Shown here one piece after another: positions 20,031-31,002 of a DNA stretch of 64,000 nt. The notes beneath the pieces were generated by a model that worked only from the letters and a program-made list of their open reading frames with translations, was not told the DNA's origin and did not search any database. This DNA comes from Bacillota bacterium (lineage in GTDB: Bacteria > Bacillota > DTU025), in assembly GCA_050951805.1 (NCBI GenBank), contig JBMNJT010000002.1, positions 512,001 through 576,000 on the forward strand. Reading direction: 5' to 3'. A program made the position numbers and the translations under genes. Position 1 is the stretch's first letter. Every line of letters begins with the position of its first letter.

Positions 20031-22068
20031 TTGTCATTGCAGCGATGACAATGTTCATGGACACGATTGCCATGGGCATGGAAAGGGTAACGAAACTGCA
20101 AGGGTTTATGAGACGGTGTTAGCGCTCGCTCTTTTCGCACTTGGCATGTTGGTAAAAGCTTGGAGTTCATCTGAGGCTGCCGTTCTAGTCTCCGATAGCA
20201 TACTTCTGGCCTCGTATATCGCGGCGGGCTGGAGGGTACTGTGGGGCGCAGCCCGCAACATACTCCGTGGGCAGGTGTTCGACGAGTTCTTCTTAATGAG
20301 CATCGCATCTCTCGGTGCTATTGCGATAGGAGAATTGCCCGAGGCCGTTGGAGTGATGGCTTTCTTCGCCGTTGGCGAGCTCTTGCAGGACAGGGCTGTG
20401 GAGCGTTCACGCACTTCCATAAGGGCGCTGATGGATGTAAGGCCCGATTATGCCAATCTTGTGCGTGATGGGGAGTGCATACGGGTTAGCCCGGAGGAAG
20501 TGTCTACGGGCGATCTGATCATGGTTAGGCCTGGCGAGAGGGTTCCATTGGACGGCGTGATTATCGACGGCGAGACTACAATGGATACATCTGCTCTGAC
20601 CGGCGAATCGATGCCTCGGACCTTCGGCGCCGGGGATCAGGCATTGGCGGGGATGATCAACAGAAGCGCTGCTGTAACCGTCAGAACCTTGAGGCCCTAT
20701 TCGGATTCGTCGGCGGCTCGCATTCTTGAGCTGGTGGAAGAGGCCGAAACTCGGAAGGCCCACACAGAGCGGTTCATAACAACATTCAGCAGATACTATA
20801 CTCCGGCAGTTGTTGGGCTGGCCGTTGCGATTGCGGTCTTGCCTCCGCTGATCATACCTGGTCAGGTTTTCTCCGAATGGCTACACAGGGCTCTGGTTCT
20901 TCTTGTGGTATCATGCCCGTGTGCACTCGTGATCTCGATCCCCCTCAGTTATTTTGCAGGCATAGGGGGAGCGTCGAGGCGCGGCGTGTTGATAAAGGGC
21001 GCAGACTGTTTGGAGGCCCTAAACGATGTGGACTCAGTGATCTTTGACAAGACTGGCACACTCACTCAAGGCTCATTTCGGGTTGTGGAGACAACAGGCG
21101 AAAACGGTTTTACAGGGTACGAGGTGCTCAGGCTGGCGGCGCACGCCGGCGCCAATTCAAGCCACCCGGTATCGACATCCATCCGTGAAGCATTCGAAGG
21201 TGAGCCCGGTCGGGGCAGGATAGATGTCTCAGTAATCTCCGACAGCCGCGAACTGGCCGGAATGGGAGTTGCAGCTGAGATCGGAGGAGAGCGGGTGATT
21301 GCCGGGAACGACCGCTTGTTGCATCATGAAAACGTGGTCCATGATGTATGCGTTACTGACGGGACTGTGGTGAACGTGGCCAAGGACGGGATCCTCGCAG
21401 GCAGAATCCGTCTTGCAGATGAGATAAAGCCTGGGGCGAGTGAGGCAGTGCAGCGCCTTCATGAAGCAGGCGTCAACAGGATAGTCATGCTCACTGGCGA
21501 CGTTGGCGATGTCGCGGAGCGCGTGGCCGGCGAAGTCGGGATAGGCGAATATCGAGCGAACCTTCTGCCTGATGAGAAGGTCAGGGCGGTAGAGATGATC
21601 ATGGCTGAGCAGGTTAGCATGGCACAATCGGGGGGAGGCTGGCCAGATGCGTCTGCACACAGAAGGGTTTGCGGCGCTTCGGGAAGGGGAGCCGGAAAGG
21701 TTGCTTTTGTGGGCGATGGGATAAACGATGCTCCAGCCCTTGCCAGAGCCGACGTGGGCATTGCAATGGGGGCGTTGGGATCTGACGTGGCAATTGAGGC
21801 AGCTGACGTGGTGATCATGGACGACAATCCTGCCCGAATTGCAGATGCCATCGAAACTGCGCGGCGCACCAGGCGGATAGTGATGGAGAACATCGTTTTC
21901 GCCATAATTGTAAAGCTGGCGGTTCTTGCAATGGGCACCATGGGTGTGGCAACCATGTGGAACGCCGTCTTTGCCGATGTAGGTGTTGCGTTAATCGCAG
22001 TCGTCAATGCGACTAGAGCATATGGGAATCTGGGGCATGCGCGGGGATCTGCGAGCGGCCGGGCCTGA
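20011..22068 (+). CDS. cadA: Heavy-metal (Cd/Zn/Co) P1B-type ATPase
   Basis: His/Cys-rich N-terminus, LTGES, SCPCAL, DKTGT, SHP, GDGINDAPALA. Confidence 0.93.
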   Translation: MAGENHSCHCSDDNVHGHDCHGHGKGNETARVYETVLALALFALGMLVKAWSSSEAAVLVSDSILLASYIAAGWRVLWGAARNILRGQVFDEFFLMSIASLGAIAIGELPEAVGVMAFFAVGELLQDRAVERSRTSIRALMDVRPDYANLVRDGECIRVSPEEVSTGDLIMVRPGERVPLDGVIIDGETTMDTSALTGESMPRTFGAGDQALAGMINRSAAVTVRTLRPYSDSSAARILELVEEAETRKAHTERFITTFSRYYTPAVVGLAVAIAVLPPLIIPGQVFSEWLHRALVLLVVSCPCALVISIPLSYFAGIGGASRRGVLIKGADCLEALNDVDSVIFDKTGTLTQGSFRVVETTGENGFTGYEVLRLAAHAGANSSHPVSTSIREAFEGEPGRGRIDVSVISDSRELAGMGVAAEIGGERVIAGNDRLLHHENVVHDVCVTDGTVVNVAKDGILAGRIRLADEIKPGASEAVQRLHEAGVNRIVMLTGDVGDVAERVAGEVGIGEYRANLLPDEKVRAVEMIMAEQVSMAQSGGGWPDASAHRRVCGASGRGAGKVAFVGDGINDAPALARADVGIAMGALGSDVAIEAADVVIMDDNPARIADAIETARRTRRIVMENIVFAIIVKLAVLAMGTMGVATMWNAVFADVGVALIAVVNATRAYGNLGHARGSASGRA

Positions 22069-22131
22069 GGCGCTAATGGCGCCGTGGGCTGGCAGACTGG
22101 CAGGGGAGACGCACATGCCCGCTCTCTGGTT

Positions 22132-23175
22132 TCATCTTGTCCATATTGGCGACGGTGAGGCTTTACCATCGTCAGTCGCGCCGACTAGCTCCGCGAGGGA
22201 GCATATCTCGTAGCCGTTATCCCTCAAGAGCTGAATGATTGACCTTAGCGCGGAGACCGTGGCGTTTCTCTGGCCTCCGCCATCGTGCATGAGCACTATG
22301 TTCACCTGCGAAGCCGTCGCGCTGGCAACAGCTTCCGCCACCAGCCGATCTGCATCTGCTTGTTTGGCGACGCGCCAGTCCCGGGTATCCACATTCCACA
22401 GGACTATATTGTGTCCGGTCGATTCTGCAGCGGAAATCACTTCCGGTGATACGACTCCGCCAGGTGGCCTCAACCAAGTTGTTGGTGAGCCCGTGGCCTG
22501 CTCGACTATTTCAGAAGTGCGCCGTATTTCGCAGACAAGTTCTTCATATGTAGCAGATGCGGGATCGAGATGGCTGTAAGTGTGATTGCCGATCTCATGT
22601 CCTTCAGCGGCCATCCTTGAGAGCAGATGGGGACGGGATTCTGCCTGACTGCCAACGACGAAAAAGACTGCGTGGACACCTTCGTCCTTCAGAATATCGA
22701 GGATCTCAGGGGTGTAGGTTGAAGAGGGCCCGTCATCGAATGTGAGGATCGCGCGCTTCCGACCGTCCATCGGCTTGGTCACGGTCATGCTCAGCAACGG
22801 CGCCGCACGTGCAGCACTAGATGTCCTGGAAACAAAGGAAAGCCTTGATTCTTCGTCGAGCGGGCAGGCGACTTCAGTTTTGGTGTTGCTTGATGTGCGA
22901 TCCCTAACAGATAGCATTCCGCTTCCGGCTACGATCCCTGAGAGCCCCTTCTTTTCCGGCCGCCATCTCGCGCCTTCTGAATTCTCGAACCGGGCCTTTG
23001 AATCCAAGCAAGGCAGTACATGGCATGTGTGGGCCAAAGGGTTGATGCACTCTGGAGACTTATTTGTTGCCATGGGGAGTCCTACCACAGCAGTTGCGTC
23101 TTGCACCACTATGCTGACAACAGCGATTGCCGCCATCGCCAGCCTGCGAGCGACAGGGTGTGTGGGCATGCGCAT
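22132..23175 (-). CDS. Secreted polysaccharide deacetylase (NodB/CE4)
   Basis: LTFDDGP, HEIGNHTYSH, LRPPGG, IVLMHD; N-terminal signal-like segment. Confidence 0.92.
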   Translation of the reverse strand: MRMPTHPVARRLAMAAIAVVSIVVQDATAVVGLPMATNKSPECINPLAHTCHVLPCLDSKARFENSEGARWRPEKKGLSGIVAGSGMLSVRDRTSSNTKTEVACPLDEESRLSFVSRTSSAARAAPLLSMTVTKPMDGRKRAILTFDDGPSSTYTPEILDILKDEGVHAVFFVVGSQAESRPHLLSRMAAEGHEIGNHTYSHLDPASATYEELVCEIRRTSEIVEQATGSPTTWLRPPGGVVSPEVISAAESTGHNIVLWNVDTRDWRVAKQADADRLVAEAVASATASQVNIVLMHDGGGQRNATVSALRSIIQLLRDNGYEICSLAELVGATDDGKASPSPIWTR

Positions 23176-23218
23176 TTCACAGACCTCCAAGTCTGAGACC
23201 TGATGGACTGTGCGCGTG

Positions 23219-23707
23219 TTATGAATCTAGAGCGTCGACAGTGTCAGCTATCACAATAAGGGCATTGGAGCCTATGGTGATGACGTTTTTTGTGTCAATA
23301 TCAACTGAGAGTGATTGCCCTTTCAGCCGCACCAAGAATGATTCGATTCTGCCTGTCTCATCATCCACGGCAAAGTCCTCAACATATCCTATTATCTTCC
23401 CGGTGCGGGCTATTACTGTGAGTCCACACAATTCCGAATCTGTTTTTCCAATGGTAGTCAGTTCCGGCAGCGAGGAGAACTCGGCCATTGCCGATTTGTT
23501 CTCGATCATCACTGCGTCTTCACCTAGACCTTGCACCAATGGAAACGGAACTGCTTTCGGGGCGTTGAAACGCTCGTTGGTAGAGACGATGAGCGCAACA
23601 GCGTGCACACTGATGGGATCGATCACCAGCCCGGTTATGCGCCCTGCCTCTGCCCCTTCATCTATGGTCATCACTGGCATATCGAGCAAATCTTTTCGGT
23701 TCGTCAT
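23219..23707 (-). CDS. Tandem PRC-barrel domain protein (YrrD-like)
   Basis: Two repeats: L.DMPV.....G...G.I..LVID and L.GL.V....G.IIG.VEDF.VD..TG.I. Confidence 0.85.
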   Translation of the reverse strand: MTNRKDLLDMPVMTIDEGAEAGRITGLVIDPISVHAVALIVSTNERFNAPKAVPFPLVQGLGEDAVMIENKSAMAEFSSLPELTTIGKTDSELCGLTVIARTGKIIGYVEDFAVDDETGRIESFLVRLKGQSLSVDIDTKNVITIGSNALIVIADTVDALDS

Positions 23708-23713
23708 AACCGA

Positions 23714-24559
23714 CTACCCCCTCAGCATCACATTGAGTCTACTTACTCGTTCACGCAGTCGTTGGTCAAACAGGCCTTTTTCCTGCGGACTAAGGCGGTT
23801 GCGTAATCTCAACGAAGATTTAGCTGCATGAAGAGATCTTTGTATCTCCACTAACTTACAGCTGATTGCCTCATCTCTTGCAACTTCAGAAAGGGTTAAC
23901 AGGCGCATGACGGAGCTTAAGGCGTTGTCTATCGATGGCTCGGTCCATTCCACAAACGGAGTGAGGATGAGAGGAGATGACCAGTCGAACGCCAAGTCGA
24001 TGCCGTAATCCAGCGCTATATTGGCAATGCATCCGATATCGTCGCGCTGTGACGCGCCCCGCTTGACGTGCAATTGCTCTCCTGTACCGGACCTCGCTAT
24101 CCATGGAAGAAGTTGCTTCACGACTCGGAGAGATCTATCTAATAGTTCGCGCATTAATGACGTGAGGGAAATGGTGAATAAAAAGAGCTTCGGCAACCAG
24201 GGTCGGCCTGTTGGCTCGCATGCGTTGCCTTCACTCGATCCAGTTCGGGTCCGCAAAAGGGCATAATGTCGTAGTTCAGCATCTGGAGGAGAGAAAGACG
24301 AAAATAACGGGACTACGGCTGCGGCCAGGCAGGGTCTTCTGTCTATGGACGATGTCGAAAAGAACCTGCGGACTACCGCGTCGCATGCTACGGCGAAGGC
24401 TCCCAAGGCAAGGATCGCTATACTTCTGTTAAAGGAGGGTAGCTGCCACAGAGACCTGTAGGTTGTAGACATCATAGAAACCGAAGAGAGAAGAGATGCC
24501 ATTATTGAGGTAATAGCTGAACAGGTCAAGGTTATATCCCCCCTGTTGGCATTGAGCAT
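23714..24559 (-). CDS. Hypothetical membrane-anchored protein
   Basis: 281-aa ORF with N-terminal hydrophobic segments, 6 bp from the PRC-barrel gene; no family recognised and start uncertain. Confidence 0.5.
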   Translation of the reverse strand: MLNANRGDITLTCSAITSIMASLLSSVSMMSTTYRSLWQLPSFNRSIAILALGAFAVACDAVVRRFFSTSSIDRRPCLAAAVVPLFSSFSPPDAELRHYALLRTRTGSSEGNACEPTGRPWLPKLFLFTISLTSLMRELLDRSLRVVKQLLPWIARSGTGEQLHVKRGASQRDDIGCIANIALDYGIDLAFDWSSPLILTPFVEWTEPSIDNALSSVMRLLTLSEVARDEAISCKLVEIQRSLHAAKSSLRLRNRLSPQEKGLFDQRLRERVSRLNVMLRG

Positions 24560-25060
24560 TGAGAGGAAAAGCGTTAGATATCATGTGGTTCAAGTGATGT
24601 GGTATCTAAAAATATATGTTTTGAGACGGCTTGAGTCAAGAAGAAAGTTCCATTGATTTATTCCAATCTACAGTTTTTGTCTGCAGTTATCGAGAGGCTT
24701 CGGGTATATGCTCTATCGCGCCGATTGCGAGTCGTGCTTGCCATGGTCATACTTGAGTGACAGTATGGGGCCTTCGACCGCAGCATGTCGCGATTTAGAT
24801 TGAACGGAGTCAAAGATGTGATAGGCTGTGGCGGCGGTACTGGATTGAAATCGAACTGTCGAAAAGCACAGGAACATTGCGAAATAGGGAGTTAGCATTT
24901 TGTGGCGCCCTGTGACATTCACGGAACTATGCCGTTGCCTGCTGTACCCGACGTGAAAGACGGGTTTTCCTGTGATGCTCAACTCGGGCTGAGAGGTTTT
25001 GCATTCTTCACATAGAAACAGTGTTCATAGATTAGACACAGGGATGGAGGATTACAAGTC

Positions 25061-25879
25061 TTGAATATCGGTGTATCGACTCTCCTTTACGAAAATGAAG
25101 ACATAATCACTGCTGTTTCCAGTATCGCAGAGGCGGGTCATAAGAGGATCGAACTATTCTGCGAGATCGACGGTTTTCGCCCGGGAAAGGTTTCCGATGA
25201 AACCGTGGACACTCTTGCGGCCCTCGCTTTAGAACATGGGATTACGTATTCCATTCATCCACCTTGCATAGGTCTGAATCCTGCTTCATCTGATTCGTCC
25301 GAACGGGCAAGGGTAGTTGAAGCCTATATCGGTACTATTGAACTCGCTACCAGGCTCGGCATTCGCGATATGGTGGTCCACTGTGGGAGCAAGTCCGACC
25401 CTAGGGTGCCGACGGAGATCGCCCTGGGCTTTGCGCGTCAGACATTGCAGACCGTGGGGGACGTTGCACAACAGGCCGGAGTAGTGATGATGCTCGAAAA
25501 TACGTGTTGGAAAGAGACTAGCATTCTGGAGAGCCCCCAAGCCCTCATCGATCTGGCTGACTTGTGTCCGCCTTCTACGCGCCTGCTTCTTGATGTGGGG
25601 CATGCGATGATCTGGGGAGTGAATCCTACTGAATGTGCCCGCGCTTGGTTTCCTAGGTTAGCGCAGATCCATGCCCACGACAACCATGGCGAGTGCGATG
25701 AACACCTGCCGCTGGGAGATGGCATCATAGACTGGAAAGAACTCATATCCTTCCTTGCAATGGAGAGATGGGATGGGGTATTCATGATAGAAGTGGGACA
25801 GCAGGAGGACTCTGCTGAGGCGCTCGAGAGTTCTCTCGATATAGTACGCGAATGCTTGGCCCAGTGTGCCAATGCGTGA
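25061..25879 (+). CDS. Sugar phosphate isomerase/epimerase (AP endonuclease-2 TIM barrel)
   Basis: SIHPP, MVVHCG, LEN, LDVGHA, IHAHDN...DEHLPLGDG.IDW, MIE. Confidence 0.9.
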   Translation: MNIGVSTLLYENEDIITAVSSIAEAGHKRIELFCEIDGFRPGKVSDETVDTLAALALEHGITYSIHPPCIGLNPASSDSSERARVVEAYIGTIELATRLGIRDMVVHCGSKSDPRVPTEIALGFARQTLQTVGDVAQQAGVVMMLENTCWKETSILESPQALIDLADLCPPSTRLLLDVGHAMIWGVNPTECARAWFPRLAQIHAHDNHGECDEHLPLGDGIIDWKELISFLAMERWDGVFMIEVGQQEDSAEALESSLDIVRECLAQCANA

Positions 25880-25938
25880 GTAGGTGATAGAGTCGGCCTG
25901 CAGCCTCTGCTGGCACAAAAGGTGGGGAGGGAAACTGC

Positions 25939-26769
25939 GTGGATGTGAGACGCGATAATGGCTGCGTATGCAGGGTGAGGGAGTTTTACGAATCCAACGT
26001 CGAGATGGAATGGGTGCGGCTTGCAAGACATAGGACGGAATTTGCGCTGACTGCGCGGGCCATGGAGGAATTCTTGCAGCCGGCATCTACCGTCCTGGAC
26101 TGCGGAAGCGGTCCCGGCCGGTACTCTCTCTTGCTTGCCTCTCGCGGACACAAGGTTACGCTGCTGGATATCTCCGAGGAGAGCCTCAGGTTCGCGAAAG
26201 CAAGAGCGGAAGAGCAAGGTGTCCGGTTCGAGGAATGTGTAAGTGCTTCCGCCGTGGATATGAGCATGTTCGAAGACGGCAGTTTCGATGTTGTACTTCT
26301 GATGGGGCCCCTTTATCATCTTTTGGATCCATCTGATAGGGTTACCTGTCTTACGGAGGCAAGACGTGTTCTGCGCTGCGATGGTCTGGTCTTTGCCACG
26401 TTTCTGGTGCGTTACGCCGCTCTGCGGGATGTGGCCAAGTACGATCCGGAGTGGCTGGCCGATTACCCGGATGATGCAAATCGCATTTTGAAAGACGGGA
26501 TCTATACCTTCGAAGGGCGGGACAACCCGCCGTTTACTGATTTTTGGTCTGTGCACCCAACCGAGGCAGCAGCTATCATGGAGAAAGCCGGCTTTGAAAC
26601 TCAGATTCTCTTGGCGCAGGAAGGACTCGTGAGCATGATTGATGAGAAGGTCAATCTATTGCAAGGAGAAGCCTGGGAGGCATGGGTTGACTTGAACTAC
26701 CGTTGTGCTTCAGACCCCACAATTTACGGTGCGGCAGAACACCTGCTTTATGTTGGTAGGCGCACCTAG
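25939..26769 (+). CDS. Class I SAM-dependent methyltransferase
   Basis: VLDCGSGPGRYS, SFDVVLLMGPLYHL. Confidence 0.92.
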   Translation: MDVRRDNGCVCRVREFYESNVEMEWVRLARHRTEFALTARAMEEFLQPASTVLDCGSGPGRYSLLLASRGHKVTLLDISEESLRFAKARAEEQGVRFEECVSASAVDMSMFEDGSFDVVLLMGPLYHLLDPSDRVTCLTEARRVLRCDGLVFATFLVRYAALRDVAKYDPEWLADYPDDANRILKDGIYTFEGRDNPPFTDFWSVHPTEAAAIMEKAGFETQILLAQEGLVSMIDEKVNLLQGEAWEAWVDLNYRCASDPTIYGAAEHLLYVGRRT

Positions 26770-26958
26770 GCAGCCTCGGAAAAGCACTCGAGCATTTCCC
26801 GGCAGCCAAGGCTAGAACCTCAGGCAGAAAAGGTCGGATTGTCCAGGCCGACATATGGCGTACAGTTGATCTCTTGTTGGCGCATTGATGAGACGGTTTG
26901 GGGGCGGCTTTCGGTGAGCTTAGGCAAAGACGCATCATCTGGCGCGGCAGAGGCCAAC

Positions 26959-27883
26959 ATGTTGGTGCAACCTGACAAGAGGGTTTTCATGGTTTATGTT
27001 GGGCTGATGGCGTCCGGATACGAACTGGCTTCGCTCGAAGAAGGTGAACCCATGGCGAGGGTTGCCGCGCGAGCTGCAGACGTTGAGTGGTCGCCGGATC
27101 TGCTCGCCTACTATAGGTGGGCGAGGGTTGAATCACGTGAAGTCAACCTATATTGGCCTCGAGCGTTCCTCCTGGTTGCGGCCGGCTTGCGAATCTAAGA
27201 GGGCCGGGACTGGGATTGGGGCTGCCCGGGCGGCAGCAATGTGGCTTCTTGGATCAAATCCCTTCCGATCGGTCCTGAGCATAAAGAAGCCGTGGGTGAT
27301 CAATCTTTCCTTCCAGTTTCAGCGCATGTCCGATCATCCGTCCTTCAGCAGACTGTAGAAGGACTATTTAGACGCTGTATCTCCCGACTTGACAAGATAC
27401 GAAGAAGCTATGCTTCAGGCGGCGCGTGCCGTCTCAACTCGACTTGGCGTTCCTGAAGGGCAGTTGCCTCAGATGATCCTCGTGCCCAATCCGCTACAGG
27501 CGCCGCAGATCGCCGAGGCTGTGGCCGTGGATGAAAGGGTCTTCTTGATCATGGCTGAGCCGGAACTTGAATCCATAGTCCACGAGATGCTCCATCACCT
27601 TTTGGCTCCTGGAATTATGGCTGCCAAGGCCAGCATAGACCGGGCATGTGCTCTATGGAAGCCTGTGCGAGACGACATGATGAGAATGGGATACGAGAGT
27701 GCTGATTCGTGGAGGCGCGTCTTTGAAGAGAACTTAGTGAGGGCAGGGACGATCTGGGTAGTGCAGCATGCAGAGGCAGATCTGGATCTGGGAACGGGAG
27801 AGGTTGGAGGGTGCCCACAGTCACAGGAAGCTGAGGCAAAGCGAGCTGGCGCACCAGCTCGCATAAGCGATTCCTCTACCTAA
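26959..27883 (+). pseudogene. Frameshifted HExxH protein (DUF4932-like)
   Basis: Three consecutive + fragments in different frames; the last has VHEMLHH and FEENLVRA. Confidence 0.5.
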
Positions 27884-27942
27884 AAAGGACCCATGGACAT
27901 AGAGCCGCGTTCAGCTGTCTGTGGCATCAGTTGGCTCGAAAC

Positions 27943-28941
27943 CTAATAGATCTCGTCTGTTATCGACATGAGGTTTTCGATGGCCAGCTGCGCCAGTTCG
28001 ATATCTACCTCAGAGAGCCTCATTAGGGTCTTGCGAGCCTGTGTCTCATTGCCAGTGAGCAGATAGGCGTATATCAGGTTGAAATAGGCTTCGGAGAGCG
28101 TCGGATCGAGCTTGATAGCTTTCTCCAAAAGGGGTATTGCTTTGCTTGGCATCTCTGCGTTCAGCCCGTAAAAATTGCCTATTTCGACTGCAAGGTCGGC
28201 ATCTTCTTGGGCTTCCTCTATGAGATTGTTGATTATGCTGATTGCGGCGTCCGTTTGCCCGGTTTCGTAGAGGGCCTTGGCTCTCCAGACGTCGATCATG
28301 TGATCGTCGGGTTCACGCTTCGCAGCTTCGCCAAAGGCTCTGGCGGCATCGGCCCATTGGCCCGTTTCGTATAGAGCTACTCCTAAAAGAAATGGCGGAA
28401 CAGCGTTATCTGGTATTCCATGGGTTGCTCTGATTAGGTGCTCTATGGCATCCTCGTAGTTGTCGAGGGCGATATAGGCACTGCCAAGCGTCAGTGATGC
28501 CTCTGCAAGTTCTGGCTGTATTGACAGAGCCCTTTCGGCAGCGTCCCGAGATTCATCGGGGAACCCTATTTCGAGAAGGGCGTCTGCGAGAACTGATGTG
28601 AGTTCTCCGTCGCCCTCAGCAAGGCTCAGCGCCCGCATCAGGTAATGGTAGGCCGTCGAAGCGTCATTTCCTCCACGTGCATAAGCCAGACCGACCATAA
28701 CGAGTTCTCCGATGTCATCCGATATGTAGCACGAGGCTGCCTTGACCGCATCTGTGGCCGCCTCGAGGTCTCCAGCCATCCAGCAGGCCAATGATGCTGC
28801 AAGCAGAGAATCAACTCGTGTTGAGTCAAGTACGAGTGCCTTGTCGATGAGCCCTCGGGCCTCTTGAGCGTTTCCGTCCGCCAGGGCCTTCAGCCCCGAG
28901 GAGAGCAGATCTTCGACGTTTTGTCTGTGTTCATCTGTCAT
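27943..28941 (-). CDS. Tetratricopeptide repeat protein
   Basis: Multiple TPR repeats (e.g. AYFNLIYAY, LGVALYETGQW..A..AF). The longer ORF start runs into IS sequence, so ATG 28941 is preferred. Confidence 0.85.
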   Translation of the reverse strand: MTDEHRQNVEDLLSSGLKALADGNAQEARGLIDKALVLDSTRVDSLLAASLACWMAGDLEAATDAVKAASCYISDDIGELVMVGLAYARGGNDASTAYHYLMRALSLAEGDGELTSVLADALLEIGFPDESRDAAERALSIQPELAEASLTLGSAYIALDNYEDAIEHLIRATHGIPDNAVPPFLLGVALYETGQWADAARAFGEAAKREPDDHMIDVWRAKALYETGQTDAAISIINNLIEEAQEDADLAVEIGNFYGLNAEMPSKAIPLLEKAIKLDPTLSEAYFNLIYAYLLTGNETQARKTLMRLSEVDIELAQLAIENLMSITDEIY

Positions 28942-29196
28942 ATGGAATATTCGCCGCCTTTCCGGCCGTAGCCGATCGTTATGTACGAGTCTCTCTACCG
29001 CGGATTCAAGGCATAGTGGATGGCGTCTATCAACGTCTGCCAGACGCTGGATCGCCGCTTCTCCTTGTGATTCTGTCAATTTAGATAATCTCCTGCCAGG
29101 GAAAGGATCGAGCTTACCAGAGGGCGTATTCGAGCTGACAATTACGTGGGCAGCTGTGCGGGTTGGGCAGTATAGAGCATGCACCGTCAATGGCGC

Positions 29197-30889
29197 GAGC
29201 CATTTTTGATGTAACGGAAGCCCACGATAACGCGGGTTTGAAAGGCGGCTAAAAAATCGTTTCCCCCATGGGAAAAGCCCGTTTTGCGGCGAGAAAAATG
29301 AAGGCAACCAGCCCAAAGTGTCGAATGTTGTAAGTAGAGCTAACAACGGAGACACAGGGGGTTACCTTCATGGCAATTATACCACAGAAGCAGCTGTTCA
29401 AGTGGGACGAGGTCGAGGAATTGGGCGATTTGGAGCGGTTGAAGCTTGTTATAGATTACCTGCCTGATGAAGAGTTGATGCAGGCGCTAGAGAACGAACG
29501 GGCCAATGGCAGGAATGACTATCCGGTCAGAGCAGTATGGAATTCAGTATTGGCAGGCATTGTGTTCCAGCATCCAACTATCGAGAGCCTTCGCAGGGAA
29601 TTATCGAGAAACGCACAGCTCCGCCAGGTTTGTGGCTTTGACATCACCCTGGGCGTAGAAGGAGTCCCTTCATCATCGGCGTACACGCGGTTTTTGAGGA
29701 GACTGATGACGCACCAAAAAGAACTCGATGAGATGTTCGATAACCTGGTAAGGATGTTATGCGACGAACTCCCGGACTTTGGGGAGACGCTTGCTATAGA
29801 CGGGAAAGCGCTGGAGAGTTACGCAAAGCCAAGACGTGCCGAGAGCGAAAAACCTTATGATGGCCGCCGGGACATAGATGCGAATTTCGGAGTGAAAACA
29901 TATAAAGGCAAGAACAAGGATGGCAGCGTATGGGAGAAGACCATGAGCTGGTTCGGATATAAACTGCATCTTATTGTGGACGCCAACTACGAGCTGCCTG
30001 TAGCTTTTCGGGTTACGCAGGCGTCGAGGAGCGAGATAAAGGAGGCGCGCACTCTTATAGATGAAATGGCGCTTAGGACGCCGGAAATCGTTGACAGGTG
30101 CACTTATCTTACGGGCGACAAAGGCTATGACGACACCAAGATGACGACTAAACTGTGGGACGAATACAAAATCAAGCCTGTAATCGATATCCGAAACGCT
30201 TGGAGGGACGGGGAGGAAACAAAGCTGGTTACCGGCAGAGAAAACGTGGTCTACGATTACAAAGGGACCGTCTACTGCTACTCACCCGAAGACAATAGAA
30301 GGCGCGAGATGGTTCCGGGGGGCTTTGAGAAGGATCGTGACGCCTTGAAGTGCCTCTGCCCTGCCAAATACTATGGTGTGGAATGCCGGGGCAAAGACGC
30401 CTGCCCAGTCAAAAGTGGAGTACGGATCCCATTATGTGAAGATAGAAGGGTATTCACTCCGGTTGCGAGGCCAAGCGCCAAGTGGAAAAAGATTTATAAC
30501 AAGCGCACCGCAGTGGAACGGGTAAACAGCAGGATAGACCGGGTCTTCGGTTTTGAAGACCATTGTGTCCGCGGGCTCCGAAAAATGAACCTCAGATGCT
30601 CACTAGCCCTTATAACAATGCTTGCAATGGCTTTGGGCAGGATAAAAACGAAACAAGGGGACAAACTCCGTAGCCTTGTCCAGGCTGCATAAAAGCAGCC
30701 TTTGATGAACTGAACAATGAGATGCCAGTGCGGTTAGTTTAAGGTGCCCATTTTTCCCATAGCGAGCTGAAAACAGCCTGTTGACGCCTACCTCGGCAAA
30801 TGAGACTGCTTCATTGCCAGGGAGGAAGCTGCTTTTGACAAATTATGCAACTGGCATGCGCGAGAAATCGGCTACAACGCAAATGCCTC
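29197..30889 (+). mobile_element. Insertion sequence, 1693 bp, with imperfect IRs and a 5-bp GGCGC target duplication
   Basis: Left end GAGCCATTTTTGATGTAACGG versus reverse complement of right end GAGGCATTTGCGTTGTAGCCG (15/21); GGCGC at 29192-29196 and 30890-30894. Confidence 0.8.
29370..30692 (+). CDS. DDE transposase (IS4/IS5/IS1182-like architecture)
   Basis: GR.DYP, VPSSSAYTRF, AIDG, WFGYKLHL.VD, GDKGYD, Y.KRTAVERVNSR. Confidence 0.93.
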   Translation: MAIIPQKQLFKWDEVEELGDLERLKLVIDYLPDEELMQALENERANGRNDYPVRAVWNSVLAGIVFQHPTIESLRRELSRNAQLRQVCGFDITLGVEGVPSSSAYTRFLRRLMTHQKELDEMFDNLVRMLCDELPDFGETLAIDGKALESYAKPRRAESEKPYDGRRDIDANFGVKTYKGKNKDGSVWEKTMSWFGYKLHLIVDANYELPVAFRVTQASRSEIKEARTLIDEMALRTPEIVDRCTYLTGDKGYDDTKMTTKLWDEYKIKPVIDIRNAWRDGEETKLVTGRENVVYDYKGTVYCYSPEDNRRREMVPGGFEKDRDALKCLCPAKYYGVECRGKDACPVKSGVRIPLCEDRRVFTPVARPSAKWKKIYNKRTAVERVNSRIDRVFGFEDHCVRGLRKMNLRCSLALITMLAMALGRIKTKQGDKLRSLVQAA

Positions 30890-30903
30890 GGCGCGGGTAA
30901 CTA

Positions 30904-30932
30904 TTGCATACTGGCGCGTGGCGTGATATACT
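30904..30932 (+). promoter_or_regulatory. SigA promoter of tRNA-Leu
   Basis: TTGCAT-N17-TATACT with an extended -10 TG. Confidence 0.65.
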
Positions 30933-31002
30933 AGCTGAGCAGGCTGGGATGTGCCTTTTTCACAGGGCGCATCCAAAGCGACAAGTGAACATGTTTGATC
31001 GT

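Noticed and set aside
28942-29355. N-terminal extension of the TPR ORF
   Set aside because: It runs through the IS left end, so it is a chance open frame.
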